Notes: a model not told the origin generated them from the letters alone. Positions 42,318 through 57,431 are shown, numbered from the stretch's first letter. The stretch: DNA of 64,000 nucleotides from Eledone cirrhosa (GCA_964016885.1 OZ024747.1:46190001-46254000); one strand, 5' to 3'. A program made the numbers and translations.

Positions 42318-42809
42318 ATGAGTATACCACCAGTACATCAAACTAACCATAATATCTCCTCAGATACAGGATTCACGAAAAGTTGTAACTGTAGAAACAA
42401 GGCAAACTGTCCATTAAAAGGAAATTGCCTTGTTAATAACATAGTATATAAATGTAAAGTTAACACTAAGGACTCAATTTATTCATATATAGGAGCTACC
42501 TCTAACAAATTTAAGGTAAGATTTAATACCCACAAACATAGTTTTAAAAATGCCGCACTAGCTAATACAACATCTCTAGCTGAAATAATTAATAGTTATA
42601 GAAAGAGGAATATAGATTATGACCTGACCTGGAGTGTGCTCAAAAGGGCCACCCCTTATCAAAATAGTAGATATGAATGTAAATTATGTTCCCAAGAACT
42701 TTTTGAAATAATGAAATCTAAGGATATCCTATTAAATAAGCGACAGGAATTAATAATATCGTGTAATCATAAACTGAGAAAAACCTTTAAATATTATAAA
42801 CCTAATTAA
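42318..42809 (+). pseudogene. GIY-YIG endonuclease of a Naiad-type Penelope-like element (5'-truncated, frame intact)
   Basis: CNCR..CPLKGNC..IVY..YIG..FK.R..H..SF..W..L..A.PY..CKLC..E..LNKR.EL..CNH. Confidence 0.9.
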
Positions 42810-43108
42810 TATACACTTTAGAAATTAATATATAAACTATTTTTAATTTAGTTAACCTATAATTAATATTCTACTACTGATGAACTACATAATTTTGTTT
42901 TCCTTCTTACAACTATCATTTCCTAAAACTGATACCATTAAGTAAACATATATAATGCTTTAACTTCAGGTTATGACTCTATGTTCCTTGAAAACTATAT
43001 ATATTTATTATTTCTCACTAATAAATTTAATCCCCCCCCCAATAATTATATGTATATCTAAGTGTGTATGTGTGTACACATATATATGTATGTATGTATA
43101 TATGCATG

Positions 43109-43174
<66 letters not shown>

Positions 43175-43183
43175 TATATATAT

Positions 43184-43581
43184 ATTGGTAAACGGAATAG
43201 AAAATGCTGACAAATTGTTCAAGAGTATTAGTGATTGTATGTGTTAGTATTCAGTTGTGGTTTTAAGTTTTTAAGTTTTTACCGGTTGCGCATTTCTAAA
43301 TGCTTTTCAAAAATAATTTTGAGATAGAGTGTCCGTGCTGTTTGCTCTGACTTGAGCAAACAGCACGGACACTCTATCTCAAAATTATTTTTGAAAAGCA
43401 TTTAGAAATGCGCAACTGGTAAAAACTTAAAAACTTAAAACCACAACTGAATACTAACCCATACAATCACTAATACTCTTTTATTCCTAATTAAACCATT
43501 TTTCAACTGTGAACAATTTGTCAGCATTTTCTATTCCGTTTACCAATATATAATAACTTGTGTGTTACACCTCTATTCTTT

Positions 43582-43585
<4 letters not shown>
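43184..43585 (+). mobile_element. Fold-back element, family B, copy 1 (~127-bp inner arms, 6-nt loop, outer IR, ~38-bp tail)
   Basis: 43221-43347 is the reverse complement of 43354-43480, and 43184-43220 of 43510-43547; homologous to 60645-60864. Confidence 0.9.
43391..43421 (+). ncRNA. Hammerhead-like motif, U3/A8/C13 variant
   Basis: TTGAAAA-GCATTT ag AAATGC-GCAA-C(C/T)GG-TA; mirrored at 43280-43310(-) and present at 60761-60790(-). Confidence 0.55.
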
Positions 43586-43640
<55 letters not shown>

Positions 43641-43663
43641 ATATGTGTGTGTGTATGTGTATA

Positions 43664-43701
<38 letters not shown>

Positions 43702-44342
43702 TATATATATAAGTATATATATATATTATTTTTATATTCTTTTAATTTCCCCTCATCTTTAACAGCACTTTTCAACTGCATCTAACTCTTATTTATCATA
43801 TCTATATGTATTAGTATAATTTTATCAATATAAATACACCCATCAATTAAATTAATTTATATTCTTTTCATAGATGTATTTTTTTCACTAACATTCTTAT
43901 CGTAAAACTTTAGTCACCTTAGATATTTGTATTGGCATTACTATTTTATAACAGCAACTGCTTGTATACCTTTTACTGACCACCTGACCTATTTTCACCC
44001 CTAAAATAAGCTTCAATTACTACTATTTTACCATTTGGCCAATTATTAACTTTCTATTGGTTAATTCTAAACCTCTTACCAAACAGACAGAATATATTAG
44101 ATCTTTGTTGGTTTTATTCAATGAACAAATAAAATAATCTTTCATTCATAATATTCTTTCATTCATAATATTCTTTTCCATCCAAAACTGAAATCTACCT
44201 TCCTCTACCCATAATTTAAGGTTCTTCTACTACTATATTACTATCTTGACCCTCACTATCTCTCCATTGGTCAATTCAAAACCTGTTCCCAAACAGACCT
44301 ATTGTATTGAATCTTTGTTTTTTTCAATAAACAAATATCATT

Positions 44343-44474
44343 ATTTCTGAAGACAGCATATATATGTGTAGGTATGTATATTCCCTCTGATAGTTTGTAT
44401 AAATATTGTACATAGATCTATAGAATATGCATACCAACTCTAACATATATATATCCTAGAAACGATCGTAAAAT
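44343..44474 (+). ncRNA. Type I hammerhead with long stem II
   Basis: attt-CTGAAGA-[~105 nt, self-complementary]-GAAA-CGATCG-TA-aaat; palindromic stem III; GUA triplet. Confidence 0.7.
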
Positions 44475-44668
44475 GCTGAATTTTTTTAATATAAGGAACT
44501 GTTTCTTTGTTTATTCATTATTTTATTAATTTATCTTGACTCTGTTTTCCGTTTATTTTTCACCGAAAGTAGTTTTTGAATGCATCTTCTCTTTTCATGA
44601 TATCCGGATTACATTGAGTTCTTCATACGGATTGGACACTACCGTAAACTTTTGGTAGATTTATTTAC

Positions 44669-44802
<134 letters not shown>

Positions 44803-45195
44803 CTGTATTAATCCCGAGATAAAATTGGGGTAACCATAGTAAATAAGGTACTCAATACATTAGTAGAGTGTGAACATCAATATAGATATGGTTTCTACAA
44901 TACTAGAAATGTTTTATTCGTATGAAATCATCAGGAGGAATGTCAGGTGACAGAATAGGTCGTTGATATTTATAGGTTTCATAGTGGTTGAGAGTGTTAA
45001 CGGTGGACGTGCGGCCATATTTTTAAGGGCAGATACCAATCAAATAGTGGATTAGAGGGGGATGGGAGAGAAGGGAATGGGAGGTAGGAAATGGGCTTAA
45101 GAGAATGGGAAGTATATATATTTTTATATGCATATGTGTTTGTGTGTGTGTGTATATATGTATGTATATACATACATACATATATATATATATGT

Positions 45196-45270
<75 letters not shown>

Positions 45271-45312
45271 TATATATATTATATATTATATATTATATAT
45301 ATTATATATATA

Positions 45313-45389
45313 TACTGGTCTGTTGGAGATGCAGGATATGGCAGCTGGAGAGAACTCGTCCATGGATCTCGGGAATTTTACCCGCCTTA
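45313..45389 (-). mobile_element. Fragment of a dispersed repeat shared with 60441-60630
   Basis: Reverse-complement similarity (AAGGCGGGTAAAATT.CCGAGATCCATG). Confidence 0.75.
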
Positions 45390-45406
45390 GATAGATAGAT
45401 AGATAT

Positions 45407-45772
45407 AGTAATAATAATAAATTTGAAGACTAAAATCTTCGTTTTTTTCGTTCATCGCCAGAGAACGTCTCTATGCACCAGCTAAGAGAACATTAGTCTA
45501 CGACTTCTTTTATACCATAAACGTGGTTCTGTCTTTGCGCGTAATTGTTTTTCACCGCTCCTATTAATGACGTATTATATTCGTTTTTTCCCGTTCTTTG
45601 CCAGCGAACGTTTCCACGAACCAAAGTATCGTCTTCCTGTCTTCCTCCGGTTGCAACGTTTTTTGAACTATCCAGTTCTGCGTTTACAGATTGACTTTGT
45701 TAGTTTCAGAAGATCCCGTTAAGGGTGAAAGCTGCGATTCTTTGCTTAAACTTTAATCTGTTATTTTAATAA

Positions 45773-45777
<5 letters not shown>
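45407..45777 (+). mobile_element. Family A element: inverted tail tip plus forward body
   Basis: 45407-45437 is the reverse complement of the family A tail end; 45703-45775 matches 2452-2523. Confidence 0.8.
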
Positions 45778-45863
<86 letters not shown>

Positions 45864-45878
45864 TATATATATTATATA

Positions 45879-45928
<50 letters not shown>

Positions 45929-46078
45929 TATATAATATATATATAATTATTAAGACCTGTTACTACTAAGGCAAAATCCAGTTCATTACCCTCGGCACAG
46001 GTCGAACAAGTTGCTCCTTCGGTTCAAAGAAATGTTCGTTTCTGGTATGGCACCATTGTAGTAACCGGCCTTAATAAT

Positions 46079-46265
46079 TGTTTCTACTTTTGGCACAAGG
46101 CCAGCAATTTACCCAGTGTATTACTGGTGCTTTGTTTTATTGACTCCGTATGGATGAAAGGGAAAGTTAACCTCGGCGAGATTTGAACTGATACCGTAAA
46201 GGACGCAACTCTATGCTGCAAAGCTTAGCGTCCGACCCTCTACCTATACTGTCAACCCACCGCCC
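46079..46265 (-). mobile_element. Full-length SINE with 17-bp TSD (1 mismatch)
   Basis: TAAC(C/T)GGCCTTAATAAT at 46062-46078 and 46267-46283. Confidence 0.9.
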
Positions 46266-46814
46266 TTAACTGGCCTTAATAATATTAACTCGTCGGCCCA
46301 ATTCCACCCATGAGTCATGGAGTGACGCAAGTTTAGGGTAAATGACACATGACTAAAGGCCAAGCCTAGGGATTGAACGTGAAACATAAGTATTGCAAAG
46401 AGAATCTCTTAATTAGTCGAAATTTGTTGCGTCGGCAACACATTCTGGCTATATTCAATTTAGTTGGCTTAAATGATGGACAGGTTTCAACATCAACACA
46501 GCAGCTGTCACGAGTTTAACCAGTACTGGCATGTCATTATAGTCTGTAAGTTTGATTCTATATGAGAGTAATGTATGTTGTACAAACAAGATGGTCACTC
46601 TGGAATGGATTAGATCATATTGCACGACCTAACCTCCGGCATAGATATGGCTACGTTGTTTAGAAGTTCTCTACACAAGCTCGTTGTTCATAGTTCAATT
46701 AAAGTCCACAATAACTTGTGTCTTCTACTATAGCCCCTGGTTGACTAATTAGTTATGAGTGGAAACTTGTTGATGGAAACCGTTGTCAGCTGTATAGCCG
46801 TACACACACACAAG

Positions 46815-47180
<366 letters not shown>

Positions 47181-47432
47181 ATATATATATATATATAGTA
47201 TTAAGGATACTATTTATGGTTATGATATAGTAAAACCTTTTATAGTTATATATATTTTAAACCCTAAATAGTGAAAGACAGTAATTTATTACTACCTTAT
47301 TACCAGTAAGCGAATAAATAACCACAGTAAGTAAGGTACTCAATACATTGCAGAGTATAAAAGTTTTAATATAGATGAGAGATTCTACAGGACTAGAACT
47401 GTAGAATCTCATATATATATATATATAAATAC

Positions 47433-47488
<56 letters not shown>

Positions 47489-48144
47489 CATAGAAAATGT
47501 AGGAAACTCTGAAACAGAAAATAACTATAAACACAGTTGGTGCAAGTAAAAAGCTTAGAAAATCAGACGAAGACGCCGTTTCCGACAATAAGAGATCTTT
47601 ACACGATTTTCTTAGCTATTCATAACAACCAAATGTGTTTACAATTACTTTTTGGATCAGAGTTTCCTCCATTTTGTTTTTATGAACTTCATAATTCTCG
47701 AGCGCAGTTCGAAAGTTCGAACATATATAAATACATTGATAATTACATAGAAACTGACCCAATTTTCAATACGTAAGATAATAAAATAAAAGTATAAAAC
47801 AATATAAACAAAAAACAAAGAATGTCTGGAATTTTCAATGCAATGTCTATTACATGTAAATATCGATACTTTGAAACATGTAGTTTTATATATTTTAACA
47901 TAATTCGATTAACATTTCCAGTGGAATTGAGGAAGATAAGTACATTTGATGTTATTATTATCGACAGGAGTACAATATTGTGATAAAATAACAGTTAATG
48001 TAATTAAACAAATAATATTTTACATCACTTATTAATTAACAATAACAAATTACATACAACGGCAACACAATATGTATAATGACATTATTCCTATGTAAAA
48101 CCAAATTACAATACACAAACACACACACACGTATATATATATAT

Positions 48145-48507
48145 ATTCAGAAAAATAATAAATGAAGATATTCACATAATCAAAATATATGTTTTATTAT
48201 ATATATTTCGAAGGTATTGTGGTGTTTTTTTCAGCCATTGGCAGTGCCAATACTGGAATTGAACTATCAAGACAGTTGAGGTATGTCATACATCAATTCA
48301 TGTATTTTATCTGACGAGGACTTACTGAAAAAAACAGCACAGTACCTTCTAAATATATATAATAAAACATATATTTTGATTATGTGAATGTCTTCATTTA
48401 TTATTATTCTGAATAACAATAACTCCAGAAAACTTTCTTGTAGAGTGCTTTTAATCTATTGTAAAACTATATTCATTGAGTAATCAATGAACCATATTAA
48501 TATTTGG

Positions 48508-48510
<3 letters not shown>
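48145..48510 (+). mobile_element. Inverted-repeat element, family D, with hammerhead at 48311-48361
   Basis: 48145-48233 is the reverse complement of 48326-48414; homologous to 51375-51635. Confidence 0.85.
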
Positions 48511-48539
<29 letters not shown>

Positions 48540-48541
<2 letters not shown>

Positions 48542-49125
48542 TGGCCGCCAACTCGTTTTCGAGTACGGCCACTACTTTATAACCATGTAGGAGAACTCCT
48601 ACCGATGCGCTGAAGAAGTGTGACTTTTAAGTCCAGCCAGCGACTTGAAATTCGGGTACAAACACTACACTTGTGACAATTATTGACACATAGTGCTGGG
48701 CCCATGGTACCATGTGACGACAAGTGCAGAGTGTTCTCCAGATATAAAGCAATGCCTGTGCCGTGAAGCTTTTATAGTGAGCAAAGGCACTGCACAAAGC
48801 CAGTCCCACTCTCTTAACCAAGATGATATTTACCAAAAAGAAGAACAAGTCAACATCATTGGATACCATCAGGGTTGCAGGTGTTATATCAGAGTTTTCC
48901 TTCTCCTAGAATTCTGCCTTGACAAAGGCTAAGGGGTCATCACTCCCGGTGATTTTGGATAGCGATTGACTCTTAAGAGCTCCTTTGCCCTTTGACAGGT
49001 TTTGTTTTTAGTCCTGCAGGATGTCCAAAGTCACCTTCCTCACCAAGAAACCTTGGTGGGGTTGCCAGTTTAGTGTCGCCAACGACCCGACCATGGGACA
49101 GGTTCTACTGGGATACATGTTACCA

Positions 49126-49128
<3 letters not shown>
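48540..49128 (-). mobile_element. RTE-UTR-like non-autonomous element, copy 2
   Basis: Near-identical to 7507-8093; terminal hairpin GTGGCCG..ACTCG tttt CGAGT..CGGCCAC. Confidence 0.75.
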
Positions 49129-49202
<74 letters not shown>

Positions 49203-49268
49203 TACATACATACATATATATTATGTTATATTATATTTTATTATATTATATAATAATATAATATTACT

Positions 49269-49395
49269 GGCGGTGGATTGGCAGTATCAGTAGAAAGTCG
49301 GACACCATTCTTCGCAGCATAGAATTCAAATCCCGCTGAGGTTAGCTTTGCCTTACATCCTTACGCGGTCGATAACATAAAGTACCAGTAATGCA
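49269..49395 (+). mobile_element. SINE, internally deleted and 3'-truncated
   Basis: A box, B-box remnant and central domain. Confidence 0.85.
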
Positions 49396-49584
49396 ATGTT
49401 GATGATGATAGTAGCTTTATCATCCACACTGATTAGCAGAATATCGGGAGTGAAATATCTTGTCCAAGAACAACAGATTATTTACTACTCTAAATCCACT
49501 TGAAAGAAGCAGACAATCACATAAAAATACACAAACGCATATGCACACATACATACGCACCCCGGTACAGACCCATTAGCACAG

Positions 49585-49740
<156 letters not shown>

Positions 49741-49807
49741 TTACAAAAGGATATAAAAAAGAAAAAAACGTCAATAGCAACAACCACAACAACAATTAAT
49801 AATAATA

Positions 49808-50032
49808 ATGATTTCTGACTCAGGCACAAGGCCAACAATTTTGGTAGACGGGAAGTGTCGATTAAACTGACCTCAGTGTGTGACAGGTACTTTATTTTAT
49901 CGACCTCGTAAGGATGAAAGGCAAAGAAACAAAGCTAACCCCGCCGGGATTTGAACTCATAATGTAAAAGCCATAAATATATTCCGTTAAACATGTTGTC
50001 CGACGCTCTACTAATTCTGCAAATCCCCGCCC
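49808..50032 (-). mobile_element. SINE, longer subfamily
   Basis: A/B boxes and central domain plus an extra segment, as at 16815-17015. Confidence 0.85.
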
Positions 50033-50946
50033 TAACAACGAGTAGTAACAGCAGCAACATCAACTACACCAGTAACAACAGCAACAACATCAGTAACAAC
50101 ATCAACATCAACAGCTACATACAAAATGGCAACGGCAATATAAGTTAAAAACAGAGAGTAAGAAAAATATAAAAAAAGAGTAGACAATTCATCCTTTCCC
50201 ACAAACATAAACAACACCACTATCTCCACCATTACCACTGTCACCACAAACATCACCACCAAAACTATTACCACAATACCACTAGCACCACTACCACCGC
50301 AAACACCACCACTACCAACACAAAAACAACGAAGACAAGAACAACAACTCTACCCCACACACTCTTCACATCGGCAACACAACAATTGATCTATTTCCAT
50401 ACATCGTATTCCTGTTAATTACTGGTTTCTATTGTATTTATTTCTCTGCATTTATATTTATATATATTTTCTACTATTTTTTCTTTTCTTTTTTTTTATT
50501 TTATATTATTTATATTTTTTTTCAGTACAGATGTTTGGCTTTATCTTAGCAAATGTGGAACAATACGTTTCTAATAGATAGCCATAGCTAAACAATGTAT
50601 GTCTGTTACTTTCTGCAAGCCAATAGAACTTTCTTTGCGACGAATATATAAAAAAAAAAACAGAACAAAATAAAACAAAACAAACAAACAAACGAAACAA
50701 AAGACAAAACCTATTTCTCCTTGGGCTCGTCTCATCCGATGCTACTAACCTAGATGACCAACCACGCCATTAATTTCAGTTTAATTTATATCAATATCAT
50801 TTATCAGTATCGATATCAACATATTTTACCAAAATTCCTTCCCTAGATATGAATACTGTACACCCCTCACTCTCACCCCACACGCATACATACATACATA
50901 CATACATACATACATACATACATACATACATACATGCATACATACA

Positions 50947-51303
<357 letters not shown>

Positions 51304-51341
51304 ATATATATATATACACACACACATACGCACACACACAA

Positions 51342-51373
<32 letters not shown>

Positions 51374-51427
51374 GCCAAGACTGGAATTGAACCCTCAGCA
51401 CAGTTGAGGTATGTCAGACATCAATTT

Positions 51428-51491
51428 ATTTTATCTGATGAGGACGTACTGAGGAAACAGCACAGTACCTCGGAAATATATATAATAAAAT
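51428..51491 (+). ncRNA. Type I hammerhead in family D element (51375-51635)
   Basis: attttat-CTGATGA-GG.GTACTG..CAGTAC.CTC-GGAAA-TATATA-TA-ataaaat; 7-bp stem I. Confidence 0.7.
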
Positions 51492-51633
51492 ATATTTGAT
51501 CACATGAATGTATATATTTATTCATATTTTGAATTAATATTAGTAACTCCAGAAAACTTTTCCCGTTGAGTGCTTCTAATCTATTGTAAAACTATATTCA
51601 TTGATTAATCAATGAACCTTGTTTAACTTTTGG

Positions 51634-51685
<52 letters not shown>

Positions 51686-52009
51686 GTTCTGGCTCGTTAA
51701 TTTATTAACCTGCCATTGAACCACATTGGCATATGGTTGGACAATACATGTGTCCCTAGACGCTTTTTGCGTGTAGGGATATATACTTTATTATTATTAA
51801 TCTCCTCTTGGTCGAGATAAAATTTGGTCGTTCTGACTGCTGCTAGTTATAGTGGTAGTAGACTGACCTCCCTGTCTCTGCTTCTATCTTTACACACGGC
51901 ACTGGACAGAATTGCTTCCACATCATTCATTCTCATCTCGGCAACAATTTTGAATAGCGCCAGTTCGTAATTTGAACTCGGGAATTTTATATTCTTCGAG
52001 TGAAAATAC

Positions 52010-52094
52010 CCTTCTGATGAGAGTTTATCTTTTCAATGGAAGGCCGCAAGGACTGTCCATTTATTTTTGAGACTCGAAACCGATTCGGTAAAGG
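52010..52094 (+). ncRNA. Type I hammerhead with intact core and extended stem II, in element 51685-52165
   Basis: cctt-CTGATGA-GAGTTT..AATGGA..GG gcaa..TCCATT..AGACTC-GAAA-CCG att CGG-TA-aagg; GUA triplet. Confidence 0.85.
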
Positions 52095-52162
52095 TAACCA
52101 TAGTGAGTACAGTGAATTTAAAAAAATTTATTTTGAAACTTTTTCTTATTTGCTAAACCTTG

Positions 52163-52212
<50 letters not shown>

Positions 52213-52404
52213 TGTAAGCAGCTAACTCTGTAACACCGAGATATGAATTTCGATGTTAAAATCGTATTCATACCCATTCAGGGTTCCTAATTAAACCCTT
52301 TACTTTCCTATGAGCCTCCTCTGAGCCCAACTTGGGCGTAACATGTGTAAGTGCTTCTTATAAATATATTTTAACGGTCTGCTTCTCTTTCTTCAATTTC
52401 TTCG

Positions 52405-52465
<61 letters not shown>

Positions 52466-53751
52466 GATATTAACAAATGGAAACTATATTTATAAAACCA
52501 TATTTATTTCATTATACATATTTCAAGGACACCAAGTTAAATTATGGTGTGCTTTCATCAGATAAAATATAATATAGAGCAGTTTTATAAATAAATATTG
52601 ACATACCCTTAAAGAATGCAACCATTACTGTTGGAAGCTCCCGGATAGTGGAGTTATATCTTTAATTATATTATTAGGTAGTTAGTATTGGATATTTTTA
52701 AATAAGCCGTTGGGTTACGGAGAAAGAGAAAGAGAGAGAGAGAGCCGAACAATACAGAGAAAAAAAAGAGAGAGAGAAAGAGGAGAAAGAGACAGGAGAG
52801 AGAGCGAAAACTCTAAGTCATATCTTGTTGAGTTATTTTAACATTTGTGATGAAATGAATAAATAAAATTAGAAATGTTAATAATCATGAATGGAAATTT
52901 ACGTTATTTAGTTATATAAATGTTACAATTGCTAAGATATTAAAGAAAATTTTATGTTATACACACTTTATGTTATTAAACAAATTTTTTTTTTATATAA
53001 GTTTTATAAGATTACGTGTTATGTAGTTATGACTGTTATTATATGTTTATTTGTCACGAATCTTTGGGATAATCCCTATAAATAAGTGCAATCGAATTGT
53101 ATGCATATACACATATATATACATACACAATTCCCACATATACATACATATATGTACCCACACAAATAGGTAGATATGCATCACATATATATATATATAT
53201 ATATACATACAGATAGACATACACGCATAAAACATATGTACTTGTATATCAATACACACATACATATATATATACACACATATAGAGAGAGAAGTATATA
53301 TAAATACAGTACATAGTATAATTGAAGTACATAAAATACAAAATAATTATATTACGATTTGGAAATATAATTATAAGCAATATAACTTTAAAACAATATA
53401 ACTTTAAAAATATTATAGAATATTTCAAGTTATAATTTCAAAATAATAATATGTTTAATAAATTTAGTATAAACATTTTCTATGTATATTTAACTTAATT
53501 TTATATCCATAAGAGAAAGAAAAAGAAACTTTCAAAAGATAAACTTTCGAAAATAGGAGAAACTATCAAAAAATATTTTCCCCTTTTAAGAGCTTTCAGT
53601 ATATTTCCCTAGAAGAGTTTATTATATTTATTTATATTTAGGAAGAAATTTTTTTTTTACTTGAGTGTATAAGCAGTCAAAAAAAATGAAGGAATCTAAT
53701 GATTTATCGATAGGTTCAATATATTAATAGAATTAATTAATTAATTATATA

Positions 53752-55480
53752 TTACATTTTAAATTTATATTTAAACGTTGAGTTCAATCTATGTCTACAG
53801 CAACTGAATAAATTGTTCCTTAGGCTCAGGGAATTTTTGGTCTTTAATATAAAGAATATTTCCTCTATACAAAGATCACAATTTTCTGAAGAGGAGTTAA
53901 AAGGAGTAGCTTTTGAAATAATATTCCAAATCAACGAATATTCAACGTTCTTTAGTTTGAGGTCCCATAATAAGCTAGATAGAGAAGTTGAAGATATTTT
54001 GTTTGGATCTGTAAAATAATTTTTATGATTATTGAAGCGGGATTTAAACTCTGTGGAAGTGGATCCCACATAATTAAATGAATTTAAATTAGTTTTTACA
54101 TTACAATTATATACTATATTTTTAGCTAAGCAATTGTTATTTAACGGACAGTTAGATTTATTTCTACAGTTACATTTATCAAATTGGATATTGCTTGGGT
54201 TATTAGTGGTATTTTGGTTAGGTTTTAAATTTCTATTATTAATTCTATTAATATTTGCGCTAAGTTTTTGGTGGATGAATAAGTTAATTTTATAGTATGT
54301 CTATTAAAGATTGAATAATATCTATGTGTTCTAGGGAAGCATTTGCCAAGAGCTTTAAAAAATAGTTTAACAATATGGGTTTTAATATTTAATGAGAAAG
54401 GAGGAGCGAACCAAAATATGTTCCTAGTTATATTTCTTTTTTTGTTTTCTGAATTATTGTAAGGTTTTCTATTATAGTTGTTAAAATTGTTAAAATAGTT
54501 AAAATTGTTATGATTATGGTTAGTTGTTATATTATTATTATCAATGTATTTAATTTTATTTCTATACCCAGCTCTACCTAACGCTTCGTTGTAATAATGT
54601 GCTTTTTCATCAAATATATTCTTATTAGCTGAAATTCTCGAAATTCGTTCCTGTACAGAGTTCACTATAGTATTTTTAACGGATCTGGGATGATTAGAGT
54701 TAAAATTGACGTAGTTTAAGTTCTCATTCAGTTTGTGAAATGGATAATGAAGACATGTGTTAAGGTTTAGTGTTACATCTAGAAAGTTAACTATTTTATG
54801 GTTATTCTCTATTTCTACTTTTAGATTAAGGTAATTAAAAAATTGTATAATTTGTTTTCTTTTTCTATTTAGTTCACAGTTATTATTTTCTATAAGTAAA
54901 AGCATGTCGTCACGATATAAACCTCCGGTTATCTCAGGTATTTTCCTATGTAGAAAATTATTTATAAAGAGGCCCACAAGATCCGTTACTTGAGCGGAAT
55001 CGGATGATCCCATAGTTATATCGAAGTTATTATTTCTATCTGCCCTAGTCCAGAGTTGGTTATTAAATTCTATTAATGTTTTCCGTGCGGATAATATAAT
55101 GTGCATTTCATTGCTAGTTAAGTCTGTATGTTTAAATGCGCAAGTTAGTGCTTTATTCAATAGATTAGGAGTGATAAATGAGGAATAGTTAGCAATATCC
55201 AACTGAATAAACTTATTATTATAGTTATATTTAATTTCCTTAAACCAATCGATAACTTCACTAGTTCCTTTCCATAATTTTAAATAAGATAAATTCTTAA
55301 TTTGTGGTATTATTCTGTCTAAAATATGTTTGCTAAGTCTGCCAAGGTCCGATTTAGATGGTGCAATTAATCTGACTGGTAAATCAGTTTCAAAGTTTTT
55401 ACTCCAATTATTTGTTGAGTGTTTTATATCAGTTATAAAAATATTTGCTTGTTGTAACCCAACAATTTAAATAGAACTTT
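53752..55480 (-). mobile_element. Naiad-type Penelope-like element, RT + GIY-YIG, 5'-truncated and frameshifted
   Basis: FDITMGSSDSAQVTDLVGLF, GLYRDD, NFLDVTL, SNHP, WF.PPFS; CNCR..CPL..C..IVY..YVG; CDLC, CRH. Confidence 0.93.
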
Positions 55481-55500
55481 TACATATATATATATATATA

Positions 55501-56147
55501 TAATTTCTACTCGCCGAAATGCGATTCTCGCTAAATTTATATTTGTATTAATCTCCCGGGTCTAGCAATTAACCAGTTAATTTTTTTGATTTATTTAGTT
55601 AATTCTATTGACTGATTAATTGCTTAAGTTTATTTTAAAAACTACCCAGTCGAGAGCTTAATTCGTTTTGTGCTATTTTTGCAATTTTTGCATTGACTAC
55701 ACATATTGAATCCATTTGCCAAAACATGGAGTTTTCTCCCCTTTCGAGTTCACATGTGCTTTCAAAACACTGTGAGATTCTAATCCTGGCGCAGAACAAA
55801 ATGCCTGTTGAGAACGTGATATCCTTGTTCGATCATTATACCAAAACCTGATTTTTTTAAGCAGACAGTATTATTGATTTAGGTCTCACAGAAACCCTGT
55901 ATTGGATTTTACCATCATTTCCTAGGGAGCCGGGTAAATATTTCAATATTTTGTTTGACCCGCTTAGCTTGCTCGTATTTTTTTATTCGGCTTAGGTGGT
56001 TAATAGCTTCTTAACCGCCGTCTCAGTTTGTATGGCCTTTATAACCTTATCTTTATTGCTCTGGTCTCTTCTGGTCCATGGAGCGCTTGCCACCACAAAT
56101 CGGAAGTAGCGTTTCGCTAATTTCTACTCGCCGAAATGCGATTCTCG

Positions 56148-56150
<3 letters not shown>
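55501..56150. mobile_element. 650-bp insert in (TA)n with 33-bp exact terminal direct repeat
   Basis: TAATTTCTACTCGCCGAAATGCGATTCTCGCTA at 55501-55533 and 56118-56150. Confidence 0.75.
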
Positions 56151-56212
<62 letters not shown>

Positions 56213-56218
<6 letters not shown>

Positions 56219-56440
56219 GTTACAATAGTGATATATACAGGTACTTAAGTTTCGTTGGGTTATACTCCCCAAACTCATTCATCTTGTTATATAAAATAAA
56301 AATAGGCGGACGTAACCTTCTTTATTTTATATAACAAGCTGAATGAGTTGGGGAGTATAAACCAACAAAACTTAAGTACCTGTATATGTCACTGTTGTAA
56401 ATAATTATACTTGGATATTTCTGCCAAACTTATACTACAG
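56213..56440 (+). mobile_element. Fold-back element, family F, with CUGAAUGA hammerhead (56339-56378)
   Basis: 56213-56300 is the reverse complement of ~56321-56409; arm consensus CTGAATGA-GTTGGG..CCCAAC-GAAA-CTTAAG-TA. Confidence 0.8.
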
Positions 56441-56506
56441 TATATATATATATATATGTGTGTGTATGTGAGTGTGTGAGTGTGTGAGTGTGTGCGCGCG
56501 TGTGTG

Positions 56507-56745
56507 TGAATCAGCCCAAGTCACTGATTTAATCGGATTATATTTATTTATGGAAATAAGCAAAATTATTCCATACTTAAAGGGTGGGTTATACCGAGAT
56601 AATACTCTTTTTGCTTTAGAATATGAAAAAAATAACATAGAAAGAACTAGAAAGCATTTGCATAAATTCTTTAAAAGTAATAACATAAGTATAACTGCAG
56701 ACGTAAATACTATAATAGTTAACTTCTTAGATGTAACATCCCCTT
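56507..56745 (+). pseudogene. Naiad-type RT fragment (different subfamily)
   Basis: SAQVTDLIGLY..GGLYRDN..VNFLDVT. Confidence 0.88.
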
Positions 56746-56799
56746 AACAATTTAAACATTAATATATATTTGCGAGTGTAAACTCGACCGAAGAAGAAG

Positions 56800-56857
<58 letters not shown>

Positions 56858-57431
56858 TTTCGTATAATTTCATGTTTTCTGATATGATATCAATTCTGCA
56901 GTAAATATCTTTCAGATTTAACCCTATTCAATTCGATTCATAGTTTTTACAAACTATGAATATTGATTTGATAAAATTATATAACTTCCAATTCATTTTT
57001 GGAAAGTTACTACTCTTCCTAATAACATTTAAGTATTTTAATATAGCTGAAACCCTGTTATTTTGACATGCTATTTAATTAGATAAGTGATATATATTAT
57101 CTGTTCTTGAATAAGTTGTATTGATATTGTATTAATAGTTTTTGATTTTAATTAAATTCTGATGATTCCTATAGTTTGTGCTAACTAATAGCAAATTGTT
57201 AAATACAATATCTTGCTGTCGGTGGTATATTGCTATAGGAAAAAACAATTATCAATGATTAAATGTCTTGAGCTTTTAATTTTAGTTTATTGCAGATTGT
57301 AATTATATATTGGCTCAGTTTAATCTTATCGCATTGAGCTAAAATACAGTTAGTAAATGAGTAAAATTTACTCTCATAAATATTACTAATATTAATCTAT
57401 AAATATATATATATATATATGAATGTATGTG

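Noticed and set aside
42878-42890. CTGATGA after the GIY-YIG stop as a hammerhead
   Set aside because: No matching stem II and GAAA found downstream.
43184-43585. Palindromes as long-read fold-back artefacts
   Set aside because: Arms contain mismatches and indels, are short and bounded, and independent copies share termini.
52315-52350. Further degenerate hammerhead-like shapes (also 27866-27905, 30941-30975, 8325-8390, 44905-44935, 8584-8625)
   Set aside because: Two or more core mismatches each; cannot be told from chance without family alignments.
53752-54230. Selenocysteine recoding, reported for some Naiad elements
   Set aside because: Conserved Cys codons in both GIY-YIG domains are TGT/TGC; no in-frame TGA at those positions.
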